A stretch of 64,000 nt of DNA from contig CM035359.1 of the NCBI GenBank assembly GCA_020137815.1, forward strand, positions 6,076,001 to 6,140,000, given 5' to 3'. How positions within the stretch are numbered: position 1 is the first letter of the stretch; every line of letters begins with the position of its first letter. The notes beneath the pieces were generated by a model that had not been told where the DNA came from, made no database searches, and was given only the letters and a program-made list of their open reading frames with translations. Shown here piece by piece: positions 51,373-64,000 of the stretch. Origin of the DNA: Hormiphora californensis. Taxonomy: Eukaryota; Animalia; Ctenophora. A program made the translations under genes and the position numbers.

Positions 51373-52081
51373 CCACTCTCTATTTGAACAATGTCCCATG
51401 GATCAAAGTAATACAATGTCAAGCCCACTATTTAGAAGGAAGGCGACAGGGGGCAATCACCCTACCCGCCCTTCACCACCAATCAGCTATAGAGCGGCAT
51501 GTTCCCGTTATTTTCCCTCCGTCGCCCTGACACCTTTCCCAGCCCCTTCCCAGAGCTAGGAGGAATGTCAGGATATAATTAAACTGTACCGAGATGATGT
51601 TACTGAAAATAGAGTAGAACAGCTAGATAGCAGCAGTAATTGAGAGAGAGGGTGGGAGAGAGAGAAACAGAGAGAGAGGGGAGAGTGAGAGAGGGAGGAA
51701 TGGAGGGGTTGAAATAGAGGGTACGAAAAGTGCGGTTTAAAAGCAATCACATAACTTGTCACGCTTTGACATTTCCTTTCACTCCTTCCTAATTTTCCGC
51801 TCTTATACTCTTTCCTATTTCCAATTACTTTCTCGGAACCTTTCTACCCAGTTATACTTTCTTGAGGGGGGTCCCCGTTTTCTTTAAAATTCCATGGCAA
51901 TGTCTTGTCATATGGTCTTGAACACTGCTCTCACTTTGTGACCGTCTTTGGGCGTGCAACCAGCCAGTGAGAAGAGATGCAAGCCAGGGTGTGTGTGTGT
52001 GACGCCGGAAGAAAGGGGAGAAAGAATGACAGATTGAGAATGGTGTTAGGGATCAGGATGTTTACCTAGTAGAGCGCCTCA

Positions 52082-52139
<58 letters not shown>

Positions 52140-53450
52140 TCTACTGTCTCTGCTCTCAGATCGTCTCCTGTTCCTCCCTCCTCTCCTCTGTCACCTCTGC
52201 TCAAAAAGGGTCTCTCTCTCCTCGTTTCTCTCTTCTCCTATGCTTCCGGTCTCTCTCTCTCTCTCTCTCCCTCCCTTGTCCTAACACTCACATTGTCTCT
52301 CTTTCGCCTGTTGTTTTTATCTTGGAGACGCTCTGTTCAATGTACGTGTACCAAAGACTAGTTGCTGCATCGCTATGCATTTGCGTCCATTAAAATATGT
52401 TTTCCCATAAAACCGGATCAGATTCCAATTGAAGTCATGATTTTTACTTTCGTTTATGTGTGTCTATCCATTTCTCCCCTTCTGGTTCCTGTTTTCCTGC
52501 TTTGTTTGATGGTCTCCTTTAATTTTTTATAACTTCCACTTGCAGGCAGTTATACATTAGGTCCTGCTCATTAACCACATCATATTCCACTATACATGTG
52601 CGTGCTCAGCTTGCTCAGCACCTTGGTGTCAGCTGTTGGATGTAACTTTACCCTCAGTCCCCCAGCCAATGAAAAACAAAAACCAATCTGTCATCGTGAT
52701 ATGGATATTTGATCAGTGCCACATTCTGGAAGATCCGCGTGCGATGTGTGCGTCATGTGTTCTCTAATCACATGGCTGGAAACAGGGTGTTGTAGTGGAT
52801 GGGGGGCAGATAGTGTTTCGAGAAAAATAGAGCTTTCCCATGGTGTCGGTTGGATGCCCCCCCCCCTCTCTGTTACTGCCGTGATCTTCAAGTATCCACT
52901 TTCTACTTTCACTTTCTCTCACTGCCCTTCTCGATTGCATTCGTTAGAGTTCTAGCACTTTCTGTCACACTTCGTGACGTCACAATTACGTGATGTGTGC
53001 CCATGATGTCATTCAGTGAGTGGATAATTTGGGTGGTGTGATTAATTCTCCGGCCGTGACGTTTTAAAATCTTTCGTTTCCGCAACATATGTTATACAAA
53101 ACACAACCCATCTTGAGTTGAGTAACAACTTATTTTTTACACATGTTCATTTTGTACATGTGTTCACACAAGACATGTCTTGTAATTTTCCTACTCCTAA
53201 CAGGGCTTTGACCGTGCCATTGGGCATTGACCATTCCGCATCTCTTGTGGAGAGTTGTTACTTCTTTAAGAACGCGTGCACTTTTTATTACAGTTCATTG
53301 ATGTTTCGGTTTGCATGATAAAGTCACCGTGCGAGATTGTTACCTATCATCTCACATTGGGTCTGTACTAGTGGTGGTGCTCGCCAAGTGAGTTCCTGTT
53401 CGGCAATTAGTAGGAAACTGTAATGCACATTTACTGGGCTAACTCACTCT

Positions 53451-53646
<196 letters not shown>

Positions 53647-54656
53647 TCTCTCTCTCTCTCTCTCTGTCTCAGTTGACTCTCATTCTGTCCTAGCTTGTTG
53701 TAGGAGAAGGAGAAATATGCTGACTCACGATCGGGATAGATTCGGGAGAGAATGAAGACAAAAAGAGAGGGAAAGAGAGAGAGAGGTAGAGGAAGAGTGA
53801 GAGAGCGTCATAGGTTCATTGCTTGAAGACAGGAAGCATGCACTGTTTAGACTAATCATTTTCCTTTTTTCTCTCCCACTTTCTTTTCCTTTCTGACTCT
53901 CTCCCTTTCCCAGGCACTGTCTCCCACTTTCAAGACTTAGCGAGACCATTCAAAGTTTAAATTTATACGCTCTCACCCTACTTCCCGATCCTTCTCTCCT
54001 TGTGGATGTTTACATATTTAGGTTGGCGACAACCGGCTGTTTGTTGGGAAAGAATACATGTAACGATTAAACATTCTCCCATATGCTATTTAACTATTTG
54101 AACTAATTAGGGAATGCTTTTAATGCGAGGTTAACAGGGCTCACATATATTTATTTGGGTGTGTAAACTAGTAAATTATTAAACCACATTATATTGTCTA
54201 CTGCTGCATCTGTCACGATTCCCCCTTTTTTTTATAATCCCCCGCTTCTTTACAATTCATTAGTTCCCCTTTCTTTATTATAATTCCCCTTTTCTTGTGT
54301 CTTTAGTTATTAAATTTCTCTCCTAATTCCACACATTGTGCTGCATGTAGGTTTAAACCTTTCTTTTTACTTCTTCTCAGTTCTCCCTCTATAATTCTCT
54401 CTCTCTCTCACTGGTGTGCAGAGTTAGCATACCTGTCATATTTTCAGTTAGTAAATGGCCGTTACGGTTTACTATTATATCCCTCTTTATACATCTTCAA
54501 GTATTTGTTTTGTGCCCTTTTCCCCCGAAAAAGTCATTTACAGCTTTACAGAGCTTTTACGCTTTAATGCAGGCACACCCGTCAATAATTCTTTAATCCA
54601 TGTACTCACCATTCTGTGTTTATGATTGAATGCTAAACCGGTCCTCTTCTATAGCT

Positions 54657-57600
54657 ATGATATCGTTACTAACACTCCTCGGAGTGGTAACCATGGTGAT
54701 ATGTGATCCAGTGCGGAACTCTGTTGCTGTGGAAATGGGGGCTGGAGCTGTTGCCGGGGAACCAATTATCGTCACAACTAATCGTAAGTAGAAAGAGAGT
54801 TTCTCGAAATAAGATCTTGTGAATGGTTTATAGAAGCGTCGGTTTGATCGTCGGTTATTTATTAGCGGCTAAAACAGATCATCCCCATCTAAAATTACCC
54901 ATAACTCAATCAACATTCAACATAACGAACTGAATGACGAATGTAGATTGAATATACTTACAGTCGGACCCCGATTTAGTGGCACCCCGATTTAGTGGCA
55001 GGATTTTTCCCCCCGAGGATGCCACTAAATCGGGGTCCGACTGTACTTACATGTGCTAGGGAGTGAGGGGAATAGTTAGTTAACTAATTAACAACCAATA
55101 ATTAACCCTTCCCTAATTGTATTTCATTTTTCGCAGCGCCCAATGTCGTCAAACTGCCAAGCCACTTACTTTTCGGTAATAAGGAGTTGCACACTCAGCT
55201 ATATACTTTCCCTTGACATAGTGAAAGAGAGAGAGAGAGTGAGAGTGAACGAGAGAGAGAGAGAGAGAGAGAGCACATTACGATTTAAGCCAAGCCCACT
55301 CGAACTCATTTTATCTACATTCAAACAGCATGACTCTTCTCTACACTACATGTGCGTGTGTGAATGTGATGTGAAAATAAGACGAGGAAAGAAACATGAT
55401 CTGTATTGGGGGGGTTCCAACCTATTTGTTGTATGTTTGTACGAAAAAAAACAAGCTCTTCCTCAAACAAAAAAATACAAAAAAGTACAAAAAAATACAA
55501 AAAAATACAAAAAAATAAAACGGGGTATAAATGATGAAACAACGCTTTTCTGATCGTTGAAATTTTAGTTTATGATCATAATTGTGTCATAAATTCCTAT
55601 TAAACTGTGGTTTGATACAAAATTAGCAACTTTTTCTTATAATTAGAAGATAAAAACATGTCTTAATCATGTTTTAATTGTTCTTTATCAAAACACAAGG
55701 AAACATTATACAATTCAAAATTTTCGAAATCTGAACCAATGATGTTTACTTTTTCGAATTTCGAATGAAAGATAATAAATACACGACAAACGTTCCCAGG
55801 TGGTACATTAGCACAAAAGGAACTCGTCGATGAACTTTTACTAGGCACACATCTCCATAATTTGTTGTACAACTTTTTTGTTCTGTTTGTACGAAAAATC
55901 GGAATTTCTAAGAGAGAAAATCTTTCCATATCGAAATTTCTATCCAAGAATTTCTAAGCGAGAAATTTCCCCGAATCGCAATTTCTTACCGAGAAAGTTT
56001 TCTCAAATCGTATTTTCTAAGCGAGAAATTTCCCCGAATCGCAATTTCTTACCGAGAAAATTTTCTCGAATCGTATTTTCTAAGCGAGAAATTTCCCCGA
56101 ATCGCAATTTGTTACCGAGAAAATTCCCCCATAGGAATTTCGCGCAGAGGAACCTGCATTCTCCAGCCTTTTCGTCACGCGAATGAAGGTGATTATCCAA
56201 GAAAAAACTAGCTAAATTCCTGGAGAAAACAGGCATTAGTGCAGTCATTGTCTACTGCCGCGTTCCCCCTTTCAACACTGTCTGGCTGGAGAGGGGCGAG
56301 AATGGGAGAGAAAGAGGGGGTAGCTGTCAAGTGAATACCTACAACAATGGGAGAAAATTATGACACCAAGTGTCACTAACTATAGCTATGTATCTGTGCA
56401 TTAATCTAAATAAAACCCAGATAGTATTATAATTTCTACAATATTATGTTACCTCCCGTTTTTTGGGAGTCTGTAAGTTAAATATTTTCTGAGATACACC
56501 AGACAAAGTTGAAAGGGGGAACGCGGCAGTAGACAATGACTGCACTAATGCCTGTTTTCTCCAGGAATTTAGCTAGTTTTTTCTTGGATAATCACCTTCA
56601 TTCGCGTGACGAAAAGGCTGGAGAATGCAGGTTCCTCTGCGCGAAATTCCTATGGGGGTTTTCTCGAATCGTATTTTCTAAGCGAGAAATTTCTCTGAAT
56701 CGCAATTTCTTACCGAGAAAATTTTCTCGAATCGTGTTTTCTAAGCGAGAAATTTCCCCGAATCGCAATTTCTTACCGAGAAAATTTTCTCGAATCGTAT
56801 TTTCTAAGCGAGAAGTTTCCCCGAATCGCAATTTCTTACTGAGAAAATTTTCTCGAATCGTATTTTTAAGCGAGAAATTTCGCCGAATCGCAATGTCTTA
56901 CCGAGAAAATAATCCCGAATCGTAATCTGAATCAATGATTTTGCTTTTCGATTTTCAAAAACGTGTAATTTTACATACTTTTTCAGTACTTTTAGCGGGA
57001 AAATGGATGACAATGGAACTAAAAACGTTCATATATATAATAGGTGGTACATGAACATAAACGGAACCCAGCTATGTATTATTTATACTTTTATCAGGCA
57101 CCCACATCTTTCATTACTTTTTTGTATTTTTTTGTATTTTTTTGTATTGTTTGTATGGAAAAAAACAGGAATTTTGGATACTTTTATGTATGGTCCGTAC
57201 AAAAAAGTACAAAAAAATACAAAAAAATAGGTTGGAACCCCCCCTCTGTATTTTATAGTTCATCTAGAAAAGATGAAATAGATTCTGGAAGCATGAGCGA
57301 AAAGATGTCTGTGATTTCATATCATCCCTTTTTTTACCAGAAAACTAAAAACCAACCACGCCAAACTTGATTTCTAGCCAATCTTTTGAGCACAAATTAG
57401 CGGTACTTTCCTTTTCTAAACCCGCAATAAATTCCCATTCTCTGCTTTTTTTGAGCGAGAATGATGCGATCTGGAGAGCTCCCAAAGTTTACTAACTCCT
57501 CACCCTATTTCTACAGCTCTCGAACATTTCCAGTTTACCCGGCAGCCTGAGGATCTGACAGCCCAGAAAGGAGACCCCGTTAGTCTGTTCTGTGAGGTGC

Positions 57601-60600
57601 AGAAAGTGGGAGGGAACACAGGATACAGTTACGAGTGGCACAAGTTTGATGATCTAACCGTTGTCATGGTGAGTGATGTCAGAGCATCATGGTCTGATAG
57701 CCAGGCCGCCTGATCCTATATTCTCATTTCTTTCAACCGCGGTCAGAGCATTGGCCTGACAGTGGTAGCTTTTATAGGTGATGTGTTGCTTAGTCCGATG
57801 CAGTGATTCAGGTCCATTCAGTGGACCTTTCATTTTCACACATCATTAGTTACCCTGTTTACCAATATTTCTCCAGTCTCCCCTCCCTAACATCTCCTCC
57901 CCTGTCCCTCAGTCGGAAAGTACCTTGATATCAGGAGCAGTAGAGCCCGTCCTCCAGATGGTGTCAGTTGAAGCGTACCAGGCTGGGTACTACCAGTGTA
58001 AAGCAGGGATAGTGGGAACAAACCACACTATTATCAGCAACAGTGGACAACTGATCGTAAGTTGTGCTCTCTCCTAGTTAAAGTAACAATCTTACTTCGC
58101 TCTCTCCTAGTTAAAGTAACGATCTCACTTCTCTCTCTCCTAGTTAAAGTAACGATCTTACTTCGCTCTCTCCTAGTTCAAGTAACGATCTTACTTCGCT
58201 CTCTCCTAGTTAAAGTAACGATCTTACTTCGCTCTCTCCTAGTTAAAGTAACGATCTTACTTCGCTCTCTCCTAGTTAAAGTAACGATCTTACTTCGCTC
58301 TCTCCTAGTTAAAGTAACGATCTTACTTCTCTCTCCCCTAGTTAAAGTAACGATCTTACTTCGCTCTCTCCTAGTTAAAGTAACGATCTTACTTCGCTCT
58401 CTCCTAGTTCAAGTAACGATCTTACTTCTCTCTCCCCTAGTTAAAGTAACGATCTTACTTCGCTCTCTCCTAGTTAAAGTAACGATCTTACTTCGCTCTC
58501 TCCTAGTTAAAGTAACGATCTTTCCTAGCACCCACTAACCCCATTCTCACCCCAGGTTGAACACTTTGATTTCAACTCTAAGAGCGACTTTAAAAGTTCC
58601 CAAAAGAAAGTTCAGAAGAACATGAACTATGTTGCACTAGCATGCGATATTCCCGCTGCATACCCTGAGCCTGAAATCAGCTGGTAAGTGTGGGAACTTT
58701 TATTGCAATTATTTGATCAAAACTGGGAATGTCCTCGGTGACTCAGTGAGCCTTTTGCGAAGTGTAATTCCTCACATCTCCGGTTCCTGTTGAAACTTAA
58801 TAAAGTGTTCGTCACCAGGTATAAAGGCTGGGCTGAACCCTTTGAAAAAGTGGTTGATTTTGAGAAGGCTTTTGTGCTTCCATCAGACAGTGATAGAGAT
58901 TTTGGGTCTTCAATTATCAAAAAAGGATCTCTTGTAATTATGTAAGTAAACAAAATCACCTTGAATCTTAATTCATTTATCCCAATTTCACCTTGAATCG
59001 AGATTAAATAATTCCGTTAACAACCAATAACCATACATTACAGAAGTCCAAACTTCCCTTTATAGGTACGTTGATCAGTCAGACGTCAGTAAATACACAT
59101 GTAAAGCAGAGTACAAGGGAGAAAAGTACCTTCTTGCTGAATGGACCGTCAGACTTGATGTGAGTTAGTTAATGTAACAATCTCTCTTTTTCTCTCACCC
59201 TAGTTAATATAACAATCTTTCTTTCTCTCTTTAGTAACCCCAACAATCTCACTAACCATGACTCTCTATCCACAGGGTGAGGTACAAACATCACCAACAA
59301 TCAGTGCCCAGTTTGTCATCCACACCAACGCTGAGGCAGTCGAGGGAGACTCAGCCACTTTCTACTGTTCTGGGATCGGGAAACCACCCCCTAGTATAAC
59401 ATGGAAGAAAGCTGATGGTAGTAGGATCGAGACGAGTGAGAAATACCAGTTGCAGGACCATAAGAGGAGGTTGTTGGTTACCAATGTAGATGAGCTAGAT
59501 GTCGGACAATACTACTGTAACATCAAAGTAGAGTAAGTGACAAGCAATCTAACAGACAAACTAAAACCCAAGAATTCCAAAGAACTGACAAACAAACTGT
59601 ATCCCAATATCTACAACTCTAACCCCCACCCACTAGACATCCCTACCTCCCCAGGGGAATGATGGAACGGTCCCAGATCAAATACCTCAGCATGCTACCT
59701 GGTACAAATGAGATAAAGTTTGTAGCTACTCCTAAACCCCATCTTATCTACACCAACTGGTACCCTCAGTTTACCCTACAGTGTGCCATCGACTACAGCC
59801 CGTGAGTTAATTGGTGTATTGGTTTTGTGAATTGGTATATGTTTCACACACGCAGCTAAATATAGGTCACTAGTGATGACCGAGAACTGAAAGTTTGGGA
59901 CGTGAAACTTTTCTAGTTTCCAAGTCCACAATAATGGAACATGATACTGTTCTAGTTTTAAAGTCTAAACTAAAAGATAGCGAATAAATAACGGTAACTA
60001 TTATACCCCCTCCCCTCCCCTCCCCTCAGTTTCATGAAGAGTGACGGTACAAAGAAACCAGTGTTGTACTGGTTGAAGGATGGGAGACAGCTGGCCATAT
60101 CTAAACGAATGGAACGACAGATCAAAGAGAATAGTGAGACCAAGACATTGGAGAGTACCATTGATATTGTTACACCTAATGAGAGTGATTTGGGTGAGTT
60201 AATATATGGAAATGGGTTTGTTTTTTACATATTCTAACCAGTAACCCTCACTAACCTGTGTATTTTTTCAGGTGTTTACCAGTGCATGGCTAGGCAACCC
60301 TCAATAACGTGTATTTTTTTCAGGTGTTTACCAGTGCATGGCTAAGAACGAGGAAATGATAAGACAGGCTACATCAGCAGTTAACATCAGAGTCAAGTCA
60401 CCTGAGTATAACAACACTAATGCAGGGTCACCCGTTTATGATGTTGTTACCATTGATTTAAAGGTACAGTCGGACCTCGATTTACCGGGCCCGATATACC
60501 GGACCCCGATATAGTTATACCGGAACCCCAATTTACCGGGAAATACCCTTTCGCCCAAGCATCCCAGTAAATCGGGGTTCGACTTTAGCTATCATGATTT

Positions 60601-62067
60601 GTGGCCTTTTATTTACATTTTTTAACAAATTCTAGGATTTATAATGCCCTACGTCATTGTACATCGTTGATCAATTAATTGATTTGTTAACTATGTAATT
60701 AACTCCCCCTCCTCTCCGACAGGTAGATGAAGCTGAAGAATACTGTAAATCATGGGACCCCAGTGGGCACCTTGTCTCTCTAATGAGCAAGAAGGAAGTA
60801 GAGGTTGTTACAAAACTTCTCAAAAAAGAGGGTAAGAGTTGTTGTCCGTTATTCAGTGAGAGAGGGTCGAGCATTGCTCGACGAGCAAGGGTAAAAGACT
60901 CTCGATTTCAAAGAAGGGGTTGTCAACATATTGAGGGGATGGTAACAGTTTCCCCTCCCCCTTGTGAGTCTACGGTTGAAAATAACCCGGTTTATTAATT
61001 ACCAGGAATTGAGAAGTCCTGGATAGGTTTGAATAGTGAACAGAGTTTGGGAGATTGGAGGTGGACTCAGGGCGCGGACGATTCCCAGACATTCAGTTAT
61101 TGGTACAGTGGTAAGTAGTGTCGAAACTTGATGGTGCACGTTCAGCTCCAAATCCCGATAATTCTTGTCTCATGGCCTCATGCGTTACAGTCATGAAGTA
61201 TGACACAATGTCAAGATGATTCCCTTTTTTCCTTATTATCCTAACAATGATATAGCCCTATTTACAGACAGTCCAGATAACCTGTACGGGAGGGAGGAGT
61301 ACGCCATCATGGACACCACACTAGGGGGACGGTGGTTGGATGTCCAGAAGAAAGAGGCACACCCTTTTGTGTGCAAACGATATAATAACAAGTGCCCTAG
61401 GTTGGTTGCAGAATTATATTTCAAGATTTTCATTAGCTGTAACTTTCCCTTCCGTCTTGTCTCGACTACTTAGCTGCCTAACATTCCGTTCAGACTTGCG
61501 GCGTCCCTGGTTTCATGCGCATTGCTCTTCTATATTCCAAAAGAACTCCTTATAATTTATCCTTACAACATCTCCCTGTCCAGTATTCTAACCCCCATCT
61601 CTCTCCCTGTAAAGTATTCCAACCCCCATCTCTCCTTCCCAGTATTCGTGAATACTACGAGGGAAAACTGGAACCTCTGAATCGAGTGGAGAATAAGGGA
61701 ACAGAGTATGGAGTGGGAGAGACAATTACAGTCACATGCCGCGACAGAACGGTAAATATCATGTTTTTCTTGTTGTTTTTCTGGATGATAATCCTCTCTT
61801 CGCGGGCTTCATTTGCTGTGCTTCGCGTGGCTGGATGGTTTATCAGCCCACTTGACTGTGGCGGCTAATCCTAGAACTATATTTTCAAGTTGCATGATCT
61901 ATTTCTCTCTCTCCTCTCAGGTGCCGCTTAAAGAAATCCTAACGTGTACCCAAAGTGGGGACTACTCTCCAAAAGACGCCTTCGCCTGTCCCCTCTACAG
62001 CTCAACCCTCTCCTTTACCCCCTCTTTAGTGACACTTCTCTTAGCCCTAATAATGAGGGTTTTATAG
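54657..62067 (+). CDS. Cell-surface protein: signal peptide - 4 Ig domains - C-type lectin domain - sushi/CCP - GPI-type C-terminal signal (~692 aa, 15 exons)
   Basis: Phase-consistent GT-AG exons 54657-54783, 57517-57668, 57913-58056, 58556-58683, 58819-58941, 59066-59159, 59276-59532, 59655-59801, 60030-60193, 60324-60463, 60723-60831, 61006-61110, 61268-61400, 61643-61751, 61921-62067 (2079 nt). Four Ig C...W...YxC sets (AGYYQC, VSKYTC, VGQYYC, LGVYQC); CTLD AEEYC..GHLVS..WIGL..WRW..WLD..PFVC; CCP CP..YGVGETITVTC..LTCTQSGDYS..C; hydrophobic C-terminus SLVTLLLALIMRVL. Confidence 0.88.
54961..55043. mobile_element. Tc1/mariner-type MITE (83 bp)
   Basis: Perfect TIR cagtcggaccccgatttagtggca; TA on both sides. 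Confidence 0.85.
55408..57244. mobile_element. Non-autonomous DNA transposon (1.84 kb, G-run termini, 8-bp TSD) in the first coding intron of the Ig-lectin gene
   Basis: TIR gggggggttccaacctattt / aaataggttggaaccccccc; TSD tctgtatt (55400-55407, 57245-57252); internal ~57-bp tandem array. Confidence 0.85.
56126..56658. mobile_element. Nested MITE with ~150-bp TIRs and 2-bp TSD (EnSpm/CACTA-like)
   Basis: cccccataggaatttcgcgc... / ...gcgcgaaattcctatggggg; splits a host repeat unit gagaaaatt|ttctcg and duplicates TT. Confidence 0.8.
58066..58522 (+). repeat. 33-bp intronic minisatellite (~14 copies)
   Basis: Tandem ctctctcctagttaaagtaacgatcttacttcg; generates the LLVKVTILLRS pseudo-ORF. Confidence 0.95.
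60467..60585. mobile_element. Tc1/mariner-type MITE inserted at the TA of a splice donor
   Basis: cagtcggacctcgatttaccggg...cccagtaaatcggggttcgactt directly follows exon-end aag|gta. Confidence 0.7.
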
Positions 62068-62276
62068 GGGACCACACCCACACTATCTAGTTACACTTAC
62101 ACAGGATCACCCGTTACAAGAGTCCTGAATCACAGAATATCAGAATCACAGAGACTAGAAGGCCCCCGGTTCCGATCCGGAGTCTGTGAGGGTGATCTTG
62201 GTATTGACAGTTCTCAGATGATTAGCGTGTTGAATTTTGTTGGTGGGGGAATTTCAATGACTCTATTATATTTGTA

Positions 62277-62351
62277 CAGGGTGTTTTGAAAAGGAGGGAC
62301 CATACCAAGACCGTTGTGTCTCAAATGGTCCACTTTTCTGTTGCCACCCTG
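62277..62351. mobile_element. Possible tiny mariner-type MITE
   Basis: ta-cagggtg...caccctg-ta; the TIR is only 7 bp. Confidence 0.35.
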
Positions 62352-63083
62352 TATATTTCTCACCAATTTCTCAGCCGAGTTTTATATTGAAAGTTTTTAA
62401 CGTTATCTCGCGTACTTTTTTGTGAAATGTGTTACTTGAGTTCTAGTGCTCACTCTGCAGCAGTTACCTGCAGCAATATTAGCAGTAATCTGTCTCCAGT
62501 TATTACAGAGATCAGGTATATGTTCGCAAAAGGCAAGCTTCCCCTCGTCCGACCCGAAGTTGGAATCATATGGGTTTAGTTTGTCGAACCGGCAAGTTGC
62601 TAACATGTTTCAAATCTTCACTACTTCTCAAATGATCCCATACTTTCAGTCTAATCCCAAAATCCTATTAAAAATAGAGACAAAAATAACGGCACCAAAC
62701 TGTGAAATGCCCTTGCATTAGTGCGAGTAGAATAAAATCAATTTTCTATCTAAAGGCCGAGTTTATAGCAAGAAAGGACTATTTTACAACGAATTCTCTG
62801 GTTAGTATGGTAACCAACTCCGTTGTCATGGTAAATCAATCGAACTCTATCGAGTTCTATCGCCAGCAACTGGATGAAAATTTATCCATTTCATTATGCA
62901 CAATGCACAGGCTTTGGTTACGAAGTTACCCCTTGCCAGCGTGTGCACGCAAAGGTCGCCCGGCGACAGAGTGTGAGGTGTCTTCGATACCAAGCACAGG
63001 CTTGTGTAACAAAAAGGGGCGTTTTTATAGCTTATTGTTCATCATAACCTGAAATAAATAATTTTCATTACTTTCACAAAGGC

Positions 63084-64000
63084 TCAAAGTTTGAATATCA
63101 AATTTACCAAAACTGTGCAGGGGCAAATTGGTGCAGGGGCAAAAGTTTTAATTGATTATAATTAATTAATTAATTAGAAAATCAAAAATCCGGCTCCGTT
63201 ATGACTCGTAGTTATACTACTAGAACATACATGCAAAGTTTCATTTCGAAATTTCAAACGGTGTGGCCACAGTTTGAATATCAAAGTTGCAAAAAATGTG
63301 CATGGGCAAACAAAATGGTGCAAGGGCACATGTTCAGGGGAAATTTGCACAAATTGTGCAGGGGCAAATTTTAATTAATTTGCCTATAATTAATTACCTA
63401 ATTGATATATTAATCATACGGCTCTTCTAGTACTCGTAGTTATGCTACTAGAACATGCATAGAAAGTTTCGTGTCAAAATATTAAACGGTGTGGACACAG
63501 TTCGATCATAAAATTGGTGCAAGCCCTTGCACCATTTGCCCTTGCACATTGCCTACCCCTGCACCAAATTCCATTTTTTGCACGGCTCTAACTAACTAAT
63601 TAATTAATTTTGACTATTCCCACTTTTCGAACATCATCTTTTATGATTGAAGAACATTCCTACAAAGTTTCAAGTCGATATTTTAAGCAGAACGGAAAAT
63701 AGAATTTGGTGCAGGGGCGCGGTGCAAGGGACAGAACACGCAATGTGCAGGGGCACGGTGCCCTTGCACCGTTTTTAATTACCTATAATTAATTAATTAA
63801 TTAAAAATTCAAAAATCCGCCAACGTCATGACACAAAGGAATATGTACTACAAGAACATGCCTACAAAATTTCAAGTCGATATCTCAAACGGTGTGGCCA
63901 CAATCGTTGACATGTTTTTTGCCCCCCCCCCCCCCCCCCCAAAAAAGACCTTTCTTTGTTCTTAATAGGGCCGGCATTTTTGGGTTTTTGTGCAGGGGCA
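63084..64000. repeat. Complex repeat of diverged ~200-300-bp units in direct and inverted orientation, probably transposon-derived; continues past the window
   Basis: Recurrent gtgcaggggca, taattaattaatta, ctactagaacat..aagtttc and aaacggtgtggccaca motifs. Confidence 0.7.

Noticed and set aside
58062-58538. 158-aa hydrophobic repeat ORF
   Set aside because: A 33-bp minisatellite lying wholly inside an intron of the Ig-lectin gene.

Overview
This is eukaryotic (animal) genomic DNA from a draft assembly, not a prokaryote. It has GT-AG introns, very dense (CT)n/(GA)n microsatellites, two 100-N gaps and long stretches of homopolymer-inflated low-quality sequence (about 14.6-21.3 kb and 26.9-28.1 kb). 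The MITE families resemble repeats I recall from the ctenophore Pleurobrachia; that assignment is an unverified inference. Most entries in the ORF track are repeat artefacts. Reading exons by hand gives four host genes: (1) the 3' half of an MRCK/CDC42BP kinase (C1-PH-CNH-CRIB, + strand, 181-11242); (2) a small protein with three neuromodulin/neurogranin-type IQ motifs (+, 31022-31979), missing from the ORF track; (3) a class A orphan GPCR with an intronless CDS (-, 40437-41339); (4) a 15-exon, about 692-aa surface protein with the unusual architecture signal peptide-4xIg-C-type lectin-sushi-GPI signal (+, 54657-62067). Mobile DNA includes a CR1/L2-group LINE lying inside a (CT)n tract, whose ORF reads open once two nested MITEs are removed, a palindromic piggyBac transposase fragment, a 1.25-kb foldback element in an MRCK intron, and many MITEs with identifiable TIRs and TSDs. 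The most interesting points are the Ig-CTLD-CCP-GPI protein (with a duplicated acceptor that could give a soluble form), the triple-IQ protein, and splice acceptors 1-9 nt upstream of three start codons, which suggests SL trans-splicing.
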